Below are positions 1 through 10,164 of a stretch of 64,000 nucleotides of DNA, piece after piece. The notes under the pieces are model-generated. The model saw only the letters and a list, made by a program, of their open reading frames with translations. It ran no database searches and was not told the DNA's origin. The position numbers and the translations under genes are program-made. How positions within the stretch are numbered: the first letter of the stretch is position 1; the number at the start of each line of letters is the position of its first letter. This stretch comes from a virus (lineage: Duplodnaviria; Caudoviricetes), in the IMG/VR virus record IMGVR_UViG_3300022936_000009, positions 2,148 through 66,147 of that record; one strand, 5' to 3'.

Positions 1-2
1 AG

Positions 3-209
3 GGCAAGGACGCCGAGATCATCACCCCGCCGCGCGTGCACAAGTGGCTCGACGACGACGCCGCTTTCGACCGTGAGGGCTTCGTGCAGGCCGTTCTCTT
101 CGCCATCGCGCGCGGCAAGCCCGGCGCCGAGGGCAAGCGCATGGTCAAGGTCCTCGACGAGGTCTTTGCCGAGGAGGCGCAGAAAGACGACCACGTCCCT
201 ACGCCGTGA
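3..209 (+). CDS. Tail assembly chaperone, 5'-truncated
   Basis: Frame 3 is open from the window edge to TGA 207-209 (GKDAEIITPPRVHKWLDD...DHVPTP); lies two genes upstream of the tape measure gene. Confidence 0.55.
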   Translation, partial: GKDAEIITPPRVHKWLDDDAAFDREGFVQAVLFAIARGKPGAEGKRMVKVLDEVFAEEAQKDDHVPTP

Positions 210-649
210 GGCTCGCCGAGGCCCACGAGCGCGACGAGATGTTGATTCTTGCCGCGCAGGTGGGCCTCACGCCGGACCAGTTCTATGACCTGTCGTACCG
301 CGAGTTCGAGTGCGTGCTCGAAGGCTACCAACGACAGGTCGACCTCTGGATGGACCTCGCGGCGTGGGCGCAGGCGAACCTCATCAACGTCCACATCACC
401 AAGGGGAAAAAGGTCAAGGCCGCTGACCTGCGCGGGAAAAGGGCTGCTGTGCGGAACGGCACCGACGACCGAAGCGACGAGGAGATCATGGCCGAGCTCG
501 ACATTGCGACCGGTGGTGATCCGCGAGATAGAATGCGCGCGCGGATGAAGGCTGCTGCAGCCAAGGCCGAGCGCGAAGAGTCGCAGCGTTACATGTCCTC
601 GCCAGCAGGGCAGAAGCTGCGCAAGATGGTTGAGCGCATGTATTCCTGA
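206..649 (+). CDS. Second tail assembly chaperone (gpT-like)
   Basis: GTGA overlap with the upstream ORF; 'LTPDQFYDLSYREF...W' pattern typical of pre-TMP chaperones; directly before the TMP. Confidence 0.6.
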   Translation: MRLAEAHERDEMLILAAQVGLTPDQFYDLSYREFECVLEGYQRQVDLWMDLAAWAQANLINVHITKGKKVKAADLRGKRAAVRNGTDDRSDEEIMAELDIATGGDPRDRMRARMKAAAAKAEREESQRYMSSPAGQKLRKMVERMYS

Positions 650-663
650 TCGCGAGGGTCGCC

Positions 664-3600
664 GTGTCAAACACGCAAAATGTCGGCGGCGTCAACGTCG
701 GGATCGGTGGCGACGAGAGCGCCCTTGTGCGCGCGTGTCGACGCGCGGCAGGGGCGCTTTCTGGTCTCGGCGGCAACATCAACAAACTCGCCGCCGGCGC
801 CGAGTCGCGCATGGCGACGATGGCGCAGAAGGTACAGGACAAGCTCAACAACGCCTTCAAGCAACCGCGCACGGCGTCGGGCAAGTTCATGGAGGCCGAC
901 CTCAACGCCACCAAGCTCGTCCAGATCGGCGGCATCTTCGCGGGCGTCGGCGGGGCCGCCGCGCTGGCCGCAAAGAACGTGGCGGACCTCTCTGGTTCGT
1001 TCGAGCAGATGATGACCGAAGCCGCCGCCATCTCTGGCGGCAAGAGCGGTTTCGGGCAGGCGTTCGAGAAGATGTCGGCGGAAGCGATCCGCCTCGGCGC
1101 GGACACGAAGTACAGCAGCACACAGGTTGCCGAGGCCTTCAAGGGTCTGTCGATGGCGGGCCGCACCGCCGACCAGGCGATCTCGCAGATGCCGCACGTC
1201 CTCAAGCTCGCAGCGGCGTCGGGCATGGAGCTCGCAGACGCGGGCAAAATCGTCACGAACATCATGGCCAACTACGGCCTCGGCGCCGACAAGATGGGCG
1301 ACGCCAACAACACCCTCGTCGGCACCTTCGCCGGTTCGCAGGTCTCGTTGCAGGACCTCGGCGACAGCTTCCGCGCCGTCGGCGGCATCGCCAAGATCAG
1401 CGGCGTCGGCATCGAAGAGCTTTCGGCGTCCCTCGGCGTGCTCGGCAACACCGGCGAGGCCGGCGCCAGCGCTGGCCACGGTATCAAAATCGCGCTCGCC
1501 TCCCTCGTCGGCGGCTCGAAGCAGATGAAGGAAGCGCAGAAGAAGCTCGGTCTCGGCAAAAACGCGCTCGCAGACGTCGGCTTCACCGGCGTCGTCGGCC
1601 AGTTGGAGAAGATGCACGCGGCGATGAAAGCAGCGGGCAAGGAAACCGAGTTCGTCGGCCTGCTCTTCAAGGCCTTCGGCACGCGCGCCGGCCCGCGTAT
1701 GGCGATGCTCGTCGGCCAGGGCACGGCCGCGATCGAAGCGATGCGACAGAAGATCGAAGACGCAAAAAAGACCGATCTCGCGTCGTTCTTTGAAGAAAAG
1801 CAGATGTCGACTTTCAACGGCGCGATCGAGCAGCTCGGCGGCTCTTTCGAGAGCCTCAAGCTCACGCTCGGCGAAGCGCTGCTGCCAGTCCTCAAACCCC
1901 TCGTCCTCGCCTTCAAAGCAATGGTCGACGTCTTCAACGGCCTCCCGGGTCCGGTGAAAACGGCGGCAGGCGTGTTCTTCGTCGGCGCCACAGCCGTCCT
2001 CGCCTTCGCCGGCGCCATCGGGGGCCTCATGATCGCCGTTGGCCTGGCGATGCCGGGCCTCGGCGCACTCGCAAAGCTCATCGGCGTCGACATGGTTGCC
2101 GCCCCCGGCCTCGCCGCGGCGAAGGTCCTCAAGTTCGGCGCCGTGCTTGGAAAGGTGGGCCTCGTCCTCGTCGTCTTCACGGCGGCGTTCAAAGCCACGA
2201 ATTTCATCTTGAAGCTCTTTGGCGGCGGCGTGAAAGACAGCACGTCGCTGACGGACGTCTTTGGCGACGCGCTCAAAGACGCGACCGGATCGATGCGCGG
2301 ATTGCAGCGGCAAGCCGTCGGGCTGATCATCACGTTCCTGCAGTTGATCGCCACCATCCCGCGCAGCATCTTCAAAGACCTCGACCGCGGGATCCTCGAC
2401 CTTGAGCAGCACCTGCTCGGTCTCGGCAGCGGGCTCGACGACGGTTCCAAGGATCTGCAAGCGGTCGCCGACGCAGCGGCGGCGGCAGCGACGCCGGCCG
2501 ATTCGCTCGCCGCAGCTCTTGAGGCGGCACAGGTGCAGGCCGAGCTCGGGATCCCAACCGAGGGCTTCGACAAGGCCGACGAAGCCATCAAGGCGGCCCT
2601 CGCTTCGTTGAAGGAATACGCCGACGTCGCCCGCACCGTCTCCGAGCAAAACGAGCGCATCGGCCTCAAGGAAGGCGCTCGCAGCATCTTCGACGTCGGC
2701 CAGGGTTTCCGCGCCGACATCGCCGACGCGCAAACGAAGATGCAGGCGGGTCGCGGCGCCCCCGGCTTCGAGGGCGCGCAAGAGGACTTCAAGCGCCTCA
2801 TGACGACGCGCTTCGACACGTTCACCGTCGAGCTCAAAGAGGCTCTCGAAAAAGTCCCGTTCAAAGACTTTTCCGCCGCCCTCGACCACGCGCGGGGCGA
2901 CCTCACCGGCTGGCTCACCGACTCGGAGATGAGCAAGTTTTTTGCGTCGGTGAAGGCGCCGCCGTCGCCGGCAGAGTCGGTGATCGCCGGTCTGGCGGGC
3001 GACCGCGCGGGCGTCCTCGCCGACGCCACCGACGCCGAGACGTTCAACCGCTTCAACGGCTACGTCCGTGAGGCCTCAAAGAGCGTCGCGGACCTCTCTG
3101 TGCGGCTCAAGGAAGAGGGCGCGACCTTCGAGGACATGCTGCTAGTGCAGAGCGCTGCAAACGAGCTCGCCGCCGCGAAGATCGTCACCGCCTTCAATGG
3201 CAGCAAGCTCGGCGTCGACGCGCACAGCGTGGAGATGGCGAAAGCGACGGCGGCCCTCGGCCTCCTCGGCGCCGAAGGCGCGGCCGCGGCCGCGCAGCTC
3301 ACCAAGATCGCGCAGCCCGAGGACATCGGGGGCCTCCTCTCTGGCCGCGTGGGCACCATCGTGGACGCCATCGCCGGAATGTTCGGCAGCAACCTCGGCG
3401 AGGAAGGCCGCGGCCGCGTCGTCGATGCGTTGAGCGGCGCTGTGACCGACCTTTTCGCAGGCGGCGGCATCGACGGCGGCGCCATCGGCAAGGCCCTCGG
3501 CGAGCTCATCGGCAGCACCGCCGGCGGCACAGACCTTCTGTCGACGATTGCCGGCCTCGGCGGCGCTGGCGTTGCTGCCACCGGTGGCGGCGCCGCTGGC

Positions 3601-5013
3601 ACCGTGCTCGGCGGTCCGCCTGGCGCAGCGATCGGCGCGGCTGTCGCCGCCGTCGTCGTCGCCGCCGTCCCCATGATCGGCGACGCCATCGAAGCGATCG
3701 CCGACGGCATCAAGAGCGTTGCGCTCGCGATCCCTCAAGCCTTTGCTGACGTCGCTGGCGCCATCGCCGACGCCAGCGGCGACGGCCGTCTTGGCGATGC
3801 GTTTGCCAAGGGCTTGAATCCGATGATGATCGGGGTGGCGTACCTCGCCGCCATGTTCGTGATGACCGGGCTGTTGGTCGGCGCAGTTCTCCTGCCACCG
3901 CTCACCGCCATGGCGATGGGCTTTACGCTCGTTGCCACGTTGCTCGTTGCAGTCGCTGCCTTGCTGGCGATCGTTCTTTGGCCTCTAACGATCCTCGCCG
4001 CCGTCGTCGCCGCTGTCGTGCTCGTCTTCGTCGCGCTCGCCGCGATCATGGTGACGATCGCTGCGACGTTTGCCGCGATGGTCGGCGTGTTCGTGTTCCT
4101 TGCGGCGCTGTCGACGTCGACGGAGTCGTTCAAGCGCTTCCAAGGCGCCATGGCCGCCGTCGTCGACAAGATGGTCAAAGTCCTCGAACCGTTTTGGAAC
4201 GGGATGCTTGCGCTCGTCGGTCTCTTCGACGCGCTCATGGCCGTGCTCGCGCCCTTCGCCGCTGCCTTCGCCGACAGCGAGGTCGTGGCGCGCGCGCTCT
4301 TCGAGGTGGTGAAGGTCGCAGCGATCGTCATCGGCGCTGTGCTGATGGCCGTCGGCATGCTCGCCACCGTCTTCATCGCCCTCGTGAGCGTCATCGCCAA
4401 CGCGGGCGCGATGCTGATCACGGCGCTGTCCGTGCCGATTAACGCCGTCGTCGGCTTCTTCCTCAACGCGATCGCCGCGATGATCGACGGGATCCGCGCC
4501 TTCCTCAACAGCTTCGGTCTCCTCGGCGAGGACCTCAACGCCAGCCTCGCCGGCGCTGTCGCCGGCCTGCGCGACATGGCATCTGCCGGCGTCGCCAACG
4601 GTGCCGCCGAGGGCCTGCGCGACCTCGCGCGTGCTGCCGTCTCGCTGTCGCCCGACCTCGGCGCCATGGGCAGCGCCCTCGCCGAGCTCGCTGGCCTGAC
4701 GTACGAAGAGAGCCAGGCGCGCGGCGAAGAGCTTGCGCGGACAAAAGAGCTCAACGAGCAGCTCACGAACGTCCCCACCGGCTACAAGGTCGCGCTCGCG
4801 CGCTTCCGCAGCATCTCGCCCGACACCGGTCGTGCGAACGTCGCGGCGGAGTACGACACGGGCACGGCGGGAACCAACGTCTTCATTGAACGCATCGACG
4901 TCATCACCAACGACTGGCGAGACCTCATCTCGACCGCGCAGCGAGAAGCGACGCGCCGAGCGTTCCAGCAGAACGGCACCGACGGCGGTGGCGGCAACAA
5001 CCGAGGCGAGTGA
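664..5013 (+). CDS. Tail tape measure protein (TP901-like core)
   Basis: 1449 aa, Ala/Gly-rich; 'AIRLGADTKYSSTQVAEAFKGLSMAG...LKLAAASG' core; hydrophobic C-terminal half. Confidence 0.95.
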   Translation: MSNTQNVGGVNVGIGGDESALVRACRRAAGALSGLGGNINKLAAGAESRMATMAQKVQDKLNNAFKQPRTASGKFMEADLNATKLVQIGGIFAGVGGAAALAAKNVADLSGSFEQMMTEAAAISGGKSGFGQAFEKMSAEAIRLGADTKYSSTQVAEAFKGLSMAGRTADQAISQMPHVLKLAAASGMELADAGKIVTNIMANYGLGADKMGDANNTLVGTFAGSQVSLQDLGDSFRAVGGIAKISGVGIEELSASLGVLGNTGEAGASAGHGIKIALASLVGGSKQMKEAQKKLGLGKNALADVGFTGVVGQLEKMHAAMKAAGKETEFVGLLFKAFGTRAGPRMAMLVGQGTAAIEAMRQKIEDAKKTDLASFFEEKQMSTFNGAIEQLGGSFESLKLTLGEALLPVLKPLVLAFKAMVDVFNGLPGPVKTAAGVFFVGATAVLAFAGAIGGLMIAVGLAMPGLGALAKLIGVDMVAAPGLAAAKVLKFGAVLGKVGLVLVVFTAAFKATNFILKLFGGGVKDSTSLTDVFGDALKDATGSMRGLQRQAVGLIITFLQLIATIPRSIFKDLDRGILDLEQHLLGLGSGLDDGSKDLQAVADAAAAAATPADSLAAALEAAQVQAELGIPTEGFDKADEAIKAALASLKEYADVARTVSEQNERIGLKEGARSIFDVGQGFRADIADAQTKMQAGRGAPGFEGAQEDFKRLMTTRFDTFTVELKEALEKVPFKDFSAALDHARGDLTGWLTDSEMSKFFASVKAPPSPAESVIAGLAGDRAGVLADATDAETFNRFNGYVREASKSVADLSVRLKEEGATFEDMLLVQSAANELAAAKIVTAFNGSKLGVDAHSVEMAKATAALGLLGAEGAAAAAQLTKIAQPEDIGGLLSGRVGTIVDAIAGMFGSNLGEEGRGRVVDALSGAVTDLFAGGGIDGGAIGKALGELIGSTAGGTDLLSTIAGLGGAGVAATGGGAAGTVLGGPPGAAIGAAVAAVVVAAVPMIGDAIEAIADGIKSVALAIPQAFADVAGAIADASGDGRLGDAFAKGLNPMMIGVAYLAAMFVMTGLLVGAVLLPPLTAMAMGFTLVATLLVAVAALLAIVLWPLTILAAVVAAVVLVFVALAAIMVTIAATFAAMVGVFVFLAALSTSTESFKRFQGAMAAVVDKMVKVLEPFWNGMLALVGLFDALMAVLAPFAAAFADSEVVARALFEVVKVAAIVIGAVLMAVGMLATVFIALVSVIANAGAMLITALSVPINAVVGFFLNAIAAMIDGIRAFLNSFGLLGEDLNASLAGAVAGLRDMASAGVANGAAEGLRDLARAAVSLSPDLGAMGSALAELAGLTYEESQARGEELARTKELNEQLTNVPTGYKVALARFRSISPDTGRANVAAEYDTGTAGTNVFIERIDVITNDWRDLISTAQREATRRAFQQNGTDGGGGNNRGE

Positions 5014-5016
5014 TCC

Positions 5017-6237
5017 ATGGCTTTCGACCGCATCATGCAACTCGGCAACGCGCCCGGCACCGGTGATGTCACGTTCACGGGGACCGAGGTCGGTTTTCGC
5101 GCCTACTCGCCGACGTTCACGGCGGGCGCTGGCGACGACATCGACTACTACATCGAGCAGTACGACCCGTTGACGCTTCTGCTCACCGGTAAATGGGAAA
5201 CGGGCGTCGGCCGCCTGCTCACGGCATCGACCTTCCAGCGTTTGGCGGTGACGGCGTCCAGCGCGGGCGTCGGCACGGCCGAGAATTTCACGGGCAACAT
5301 CCGCGTTGGCCACGGCGTCACCGACGGCGCAATTCGCCGCATCATCAACGCACTCAAGGGCATTGCCAGCGGCCTCGTTCCTTTTGAGGCCGACCTCGGT
5401 GTCAACCTCCCTGTCGTGGTGGGACCGACATCGCCGCCCGCAAACTTCGTCAAGCTCTTCGCGCGAAACCTCGCGGGGCGGATCATGTTGGCGATCGTCG
5501 GGCCGTCTGGTCTCGACGTCACCCTGCAACCGCACATCGGACGCAACAAGGTCGGCCTCTGGTCCGCTCTCGGCAACACGGCGGCCGCGCCGATCGCCGC
5601 GGTCGGCATCGGCGCCCCGACCGTCACCGGCACCGCCACGCAACGTGACGTCGCGACGACGTCGTTGCTCGCTTCGACACGGCGCATCGGCTACGTCGGC
5701 GCCGCCACGGCGGCCTCTGTCGTCAGCATCCGTCTTGCGCTCGCGCAATTCTTTCGCGGCACCGGCTTGCTCACCGGTGGCGGCTTCAACTTCACGATGC
5801 GCTTTGCCGTGAGCGATGCGGCGTTGGTGGCGACGGCGCGCTGTTTTTTTGGCTTCCGTGATCGCACCCTTGTCCAGGGCGACGCCGATCCGTCGACGTT
5901 CTTGAATACGCTTGGCGTGGGGCAAGACGCTGGCGATACCAACTGGTTCATCATGTACAACGACGGCGCCGGCGTCGCCGTGCGCGTCAACACCGGCATT
6001 GCAATCGATGCGACGTCGCTGTTGGAATTGGTGTTGTTCACGCCGCCGGGCGGTACGTCGGTGACGATCATGTTCACCAACATCACGACTGGCGTGACTT
6101 TTTCAACGACGACGTCAACGGACATCCCCGCGCAGACGCAGTTGTTGACGACCAACAGCTTTCGCAGCAACGGCGCGGCCGGCGTCGCCGCCGTCGCCTT
6201 CGACTTCGTCTCTGCCTATTTTGAAACGGATTCCTGA
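5017..6237 (+). CDS. Tail/virion protein, Thr/Gly-rich beta type
   Basis: 406 aa right after the TMP; N-terminal 'GTGDVTFTG..GF...WETGVG' motif seen in phage tail proteins. Confidence 0.65.
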   Translation: MAFDRIMQLGNAPGTGDVTFTGTEVGFRAYSPTFTAGAGDDIDYYIEQYDPLTLLLTGKWETGVGRLLTASTFQRLAVTASSAGVGTAENFTGNIRVGHGVTDGAIRRIINALKGIASGLVPFEADLGVNLPVVVGPTSPPANFVKLFARNLAGRIMLAIVGPSGLDVTLQPHIGRNKVGLWSALGNTAAAPIAAVGIGAPTVTGTATQRDVATTSLLASTRRIGYVGAATAASVVSIRLALAQFFRGTGLLTGGGFNFTMRFAVSDAALVATARCFFGFRDRTLVQGDADPSTFLNTLGVGQDAGDTNWFIMYNDGAGVAVRVNTGIAIDATSLLELVLFTPPGGTSVTIMFTNITTGVTFSTTTSTDIPAQTQLLTTNSFRSNGAAGVAAVAFDFVSAYFETDS

Positions 6238-7928
6238 TGACGTTCGGTGGACGACCATTCGGTGGCGCGGCCTTCGGCGCAAATCCGTTGGCGCCTTCGC
6301 TCGCCACGCCGCCGATCCCTCCGCCGACGCCGTTGCCCGCGCCGCCTGACGTTGTCGGCGGCGCAAGCTTCATCAACGGGTGGAGCCTGCGCATCGCCGA
6401 CGCCAGCGCGCGACAGCGCTCGACGCGCGTGGGCCCGCGCGGGCGTTCGTACCGCCGACAGATGCGCGACGCCCGCCGCTACACCCGAAAGTCTTGGGAG
6501 TGCGACGCCGTTGTCGCCGACGCCGACGAGGCGCGCACCCTTGAGCACGTCCTGCTCGGCGAGGGGCACTTTTTCGACTTCGCCTCGGGTCTGGATGCTC
6601 AAACCGGTCTCGGGCCACTGGCGGGGTATCAGGGGCTTCGCCTGCTGCCTTCCACGTGGGGTGCCTTCGGCCGCGGCGCGCTCGGCTTCGAGGCCGCCGC
6701 GGGCGGGACGCTGATCCGTTGGGATGCGCAGCTCGAAACCGAGTGGACTATCGTCGTGCGGATTTGGGACGCCGCGCGGTCTTTGTGGGTCGGCCATGGC
6801 ATCCGCGACGACGGCCTTGGCTTCATCAACGGCGTCGAAAACGGCTCGTTCAACGCGCCCGGGTCTGCGACGGGCCTCTATTTCAAGGTCATCGACGGCG
6901 TCGTCGAGGTCGTCAAAGACGGCGCCTTCGCAATCGTCGTCGACGATCTCGCGATTCTGCCCTACCGCGCGTGTGACAGCGCCATGGTGTCGTGGACGCG
7001 GCCGACGACGACGACGACGAAGATGGGGCCTTGCCCGGCCGTGCGCGTTCGCGGCGACATCTTCGGCGCGCCAACCGGTGCGGGCTTCCTCGCGATGGGC
7101 AACGTCACCGGCGTCGACATCATCGGCAAGCCGACAAAGGTCGGTCGTTTTGGATGGGTCAACAACTCGCGGATCGTGCGCTTCGCCCTGGACGCTCTCA
7201 AAGCCGACTACGTGCGGACGGAGGTCGCTGACGACGCGGTGACGCCGCTGCCGCCGGTGACGCCGGTGTTGTGGGCCGAGGCGCTCAACACCGACGGCGC
7301 CCACAACGTCACGCGACCCGTCGACGGCACGTTGGTGTCGCCGGTAGCGAATCTCGGAAGCCGGACGACGACGCTTTCGGTGCTCGGCGCGCCGAAGCTC
7401 GTGCGCATGACGAAGAGCGCGGCGAAGCTCGGCAACGGCGCCTACTTCAACATGCCGAACCTCACCGACGTCCTCGACGAGGCCGGCATCGCTGCGGTGT
7501 TGACGCCGCCGTACACGATCGCGGTCGTGTGGGCGACGAACACGATCGCCGCGACCGCGCGGGATATTGTCGACGGAAATAGCCTCTTCAAGCTGCGGCG
7601 CTCAGGGTCGTCGGCCATCATGTCGGCGCCAGTTGGGAACGACGTCAACACCAACGGTATCGTCGTCGACGGGTGGAATCTGCACATTGGGCATTTTGCG
7701 GCAGTGGGCGCGCACCACATCCTCAACGCTCTCGACGATGCGTTGGCGGCCGACTACAGCGTCCCCGCCGGCGCGCACATGTTCACGATCGGCGGCGGCT
7801 TCGCCTCGAAGAGCGGCCACACGGGCAAGGTCGCTGCCGTCCTCGTCTTCGAGGGTGCAATAGACCTCGTCGCGCTGCAGGCTTTCATGATCGCGCGCTA
7901 CGGTGTGGGCCTGTCGTTTCCGCAGTAG
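6237..7928 (+). CDS. Minor tail protein (distal-tail-like paralog 1) with C-terminal lectin-like domain
   Basis: 563 aa; ATGA-type coupling to the upstream gene; shares motifs with the next ORF (GLGP, WD..L...WT, DDL.ILPY, WVNN). Confidence 0.6.
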   Translation: MTFGGRPFGGAAFGANPLAPSLATPPIPPPTPLPAPPDVVGGASFINGWSLRIADASARQRSTRVGPRGRSYRRQMRDARRYTRKSWECDAVVADADEARTLEHVLLGEGHFFDFASGLDAQTGLGPLAGYQGLRLLPSTWGAFGRGALGFEAAAGGTLIRWDAQLETEWTIVVRIWDAARSLWVGHGIRDDGLGFINGVENGSFNAPGSATGLYFKVIDGVVEVVKDGAFAIVVDDLAILPYRACDSAMVSWTRPTTTTTKMGPCPAVRVRGDIFGAPTGAGFLAMGNVTGVDIIGKPTKVGRFGWVNNSRIVRFALDALKADYVRTEVADDAVTPLPPVTPVLWAEALNTDGAHNVTRPVDGTLVSPVANLGSRTTTLSVLGAPKLVRMTKSAAKLGNGAYFNMPNLTDVLDEAGIAAVLTPPYTIAVVWATNTIAATARDIVDGNSLFKLRRSGSSAIMSAPVGNDVNTNGIVVDGWNLHIGHFAAVGAHHILNALDDALAADYSVPAGAHMFTIGGGFASKSGHTGKVAAVLVFEGAIDLVALQAFMIARYGVGLSFPQ

Positions 7929-7938
7929 GAGGTCCGCC

Positions 7939-10155
7939 GTGTTCGGTCGCATTGGTGGATGGCCCGTTCGGTGGCGGCACGGCTCGACGTCGCAGCGCCC
8001 GGACGTCAACGACAACGACGTCAGTATCGACGGTAAGCCGCTGCGTCGTCGCCATGGCCTGCCGTGGTCGTCGTCGCTTGAGGCCGTCGCCCTCGGCGCC
8101 GACGACGCCGACATGCTCGCGAACCTCATCGACATCGGCGGGCATCACTTCCCTTTCGACATCGACGCCCATGCAGAGAGCGGCCTCGGCCCTGACACCG
8201 CGGCGGCGGGCAACTGGTCGATCGTGCCCGCCACGTTGGCCGCTGGCGTGCACGGCAACGGCTACCTCAACGTCTTCGGCTCCATCGTTTGGGACCCGTC
8301 GCTGCCGACGACGTGGACGGTGATGGCGTGGCGCAACGTCACTGGCACCGCCGAACACATCACCGTCACGAGCAGCGGGCGCAAGTTCTCCAACGGCGTT
8401 CGCAACGACGCCCTCGTCACGACCGAGCTGCTCGTGAGCAACGGCGCCGTCGCCCTCACCGCCGGCAACTACGACGACCTCGTGATCTTGCCGTACGAGC
8501 TCACCGACGAATTCGTCGCCGCGTTTGTGCGATGGACCCTCGGGCGCGCGCTCGCGTTCGCCGTCCACTACGGCGACGGCAGCGGCCGCGACGTGGGGCC
8601 GACGCAGTTGGCGACGTCGTCGCCGACGTCGACGGCGATTCGCCGCACCGGTGGGAAGTGGAACGGCGCTGGCGTCTTCGTCGGCGGCGATTCGATGACC
8701 TACGTCGCCTCACCGGCGCACAGCCTCAACGGTCGTGTTGGATTCTCTGTCGAGGATTGGGTTTGGCTCGACACCGACCTCGGTTTCGCGAGTCGCTTTC
8801 TTGCCGATCACGGTGCGACGTCGTCGGGCCTCACGGCGGGTTGGGAAGTGATTTTCTCCGCCGCTGGCGACAACACTTTCGGGGTGCTCGTTCGTGCCGT
8901 GACGACGGGCGGTGTGATGGCCGTGCTCACGGCGTCTGGCGCAAAGCTCGGTGTGACCGGCAAGAGGTTCGTTCATGTGATCGCGACGTTCGATGCGATC
9001 ACCGGGCGCGCCACGGTCTACATCGATGGCATCGCGGCCAGCGTTGCGGTCGAGACGTCAGCTTCACCAGGCTCGGCCTTCGCGAACGATAGCGCGCAGA
9101 CGTTGCGCATCGGCGGCGCCGCCGCCGGCACGTTCCCAATGCTCGGCCGCTCCTCTGGCCTGCGCTGCTACGGGCTCGTGCTCACCGCTGCCGAGGTCCT
9201 TGAGCACTTCCGCGCGGGCATCGCCGGCAACGTGCCCACGTCGCGGCGCCCCTTCTCGCCTCTGCCCGGCCTCGACTTCTGCGGCGACCTCACCGACGGA
9301 AAACCGATGATCGTCGTCGGGCAGACGGCAGACCAAGCGATCGTGCAGCGGTCGCGCATGAAGGCGACGGAAAAGGTGTGGGTCAACAACGCGCGCGACG
9401 TGCCCGTGCAGCTCGACGAGGTCATCGACCGCGACGTGGGCCGCCTGCCCGAGCCTCTTTGGTCGTTCAACCTGTCGGATCCCTACTTCGACATCGCGTC
9501 GCTGCGCTTCCGCGCGGCCGCGGGCGACCTCGGCGACGGTGTCATCACGACGCAACGGTGGAACACGGGGCCGATGCTTCGGCGGATGCGCTCGCGCGAC
9601 TTCGTCAGCGCCGCCGCCGATCGTGTGCAGCTCAACGCCGAGCACAGTGCCTGCGTCCAGGGCCTCACCGCCTACTCGGTGGTCGCGTGGATCTTCCCCT
9701 TCGCGGCCTCCGCCGGCGGCATCGCAAACGCCGCGTTCACGGCATCGACGCATCGGTGGACGATGTCGATGACGTCAAGCCTCCTCGTCTTCAACGGTCG
9801 CGGCGCGGGGACCGACACGCTGCGCACACAGACGTCGATCGGCACGATCGCGCAGCAACGGTGGTCGATGGTCGGCGGCTGGATGGACATCGCGAACAAC
9901 CAAATGGGCGTGTTCGCCAACGGCTGCGGTCTCGCTCCCCACCTCGGCGGCTTCTACGAGCTCGGCGCGCAGGTCTTCGCCTCGATCAAAGCAGGCGGCG
10001 GCGGCTACGCCCCAAACACCGCCATCGGCGTCGGCAGCGCCCTTGCCACGCCCTTCAACGGGCCGATCGCCCACGTCGCGCTTTACCCTCGTCGTCTCAC
10101 CGCCGCCGAGGCTCTGCGCATCTATCGCGCGGGCCTCGCTGGCATCTTCCGATAG
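7939..10155 (+). CDS. Minor tail protein (paralog 2) with two LamG/ConA-like domains
   Basis: GTG start after AGGAGG; LamG-like motifs 'FSVEDWV...HVIATFD....ATVYIDG' and 'FNGPIAHVALYPRRLTAAE'. Confidence 0.7.
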   Translation: MFGRIGGWPVRWRHGSTSQRPDVNDNDVSIDGKPLRRRHGLPWSSSLEAVALGADDADMLANLIDIGGHHFPFDIDAHAESGLGPDTAAAGNWSIVPATLAAGVHGNGYLNVFGSIVWDPSLPTTWTVMAWRNVTGTAEHITVTSSGRKFSNGVRNDALVTTELLVSNGAVALTAGNYDDLVILPYELTDEFVAAFVRWTLGRALAFAVHYGDGSGRDVGPTQLATSSPTSTAIRRTGGKWNGAGVFVGGDSMTYVASPAHSLNGRVGFSVEDWVWLDTDLGFASRFLADHGATSSGLTAGWEVIFSAAGDNTFGVLVRAVTTGGVMAVLTASGAKLGVTGKRFVHVIATFDAITGRATVYIDGIAASVAVETSASPGSAFANDSAQTLRIGGAAAGTFPMLGRSSGLRCYGLVLTAAEVLEHFRAGIAGNVPTSRRPFSPLPGLDFCGDLTDGKPMIVVGQTADQAIVQRSRMKATEKVWVNNARDVPVQLDEVIDRDVGRLPEPLWSFNLSDPYFDIASLRFRAAAGDLGDGVITTQRWNTGPMLRRMRSRDFVSAAADRVQLNAEHSACVQGLTAYSVVAWIFPFAASAGGIANAAFTASTHRWTMSMTSSLLVFNGRGAGTDTLRTQTSIGTIAQQRWSMVGGWMDIANNQMGVFANGCGLAPHLGGFYELGAQVFASIKAGGGGYAPNTAIGVGSALATPFNGPIAHVALYPRRLTAAEALRIYRAGLAGIFR

Positions 10156-10164
10156 GCTGCCCGC

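Noticed and set aside
398-445. GGGGAAAAAG and GGGAAAAG runs as frameshift sites
   Set aside because: Inside the second chaperone ORF, not at the junction, and not in the X XXY YYZ register
667-2889. Long antisense ORFs (also 3985-5925, 15596-17143, 22455-25154, 34291-36225, 41873-43813, 54984-56360, 59364-60740)
   Set aside because: Shadow frames of real genes; high GC3 removes stop codons on the opposite strand; the products have no family motifs
6995-7025. (ACG)n and (GAC)n trinucleotide runs (also about 23505)
   Set aside because: In-frame poly-Thr or poly-Asp linkers; no sign of phase variation
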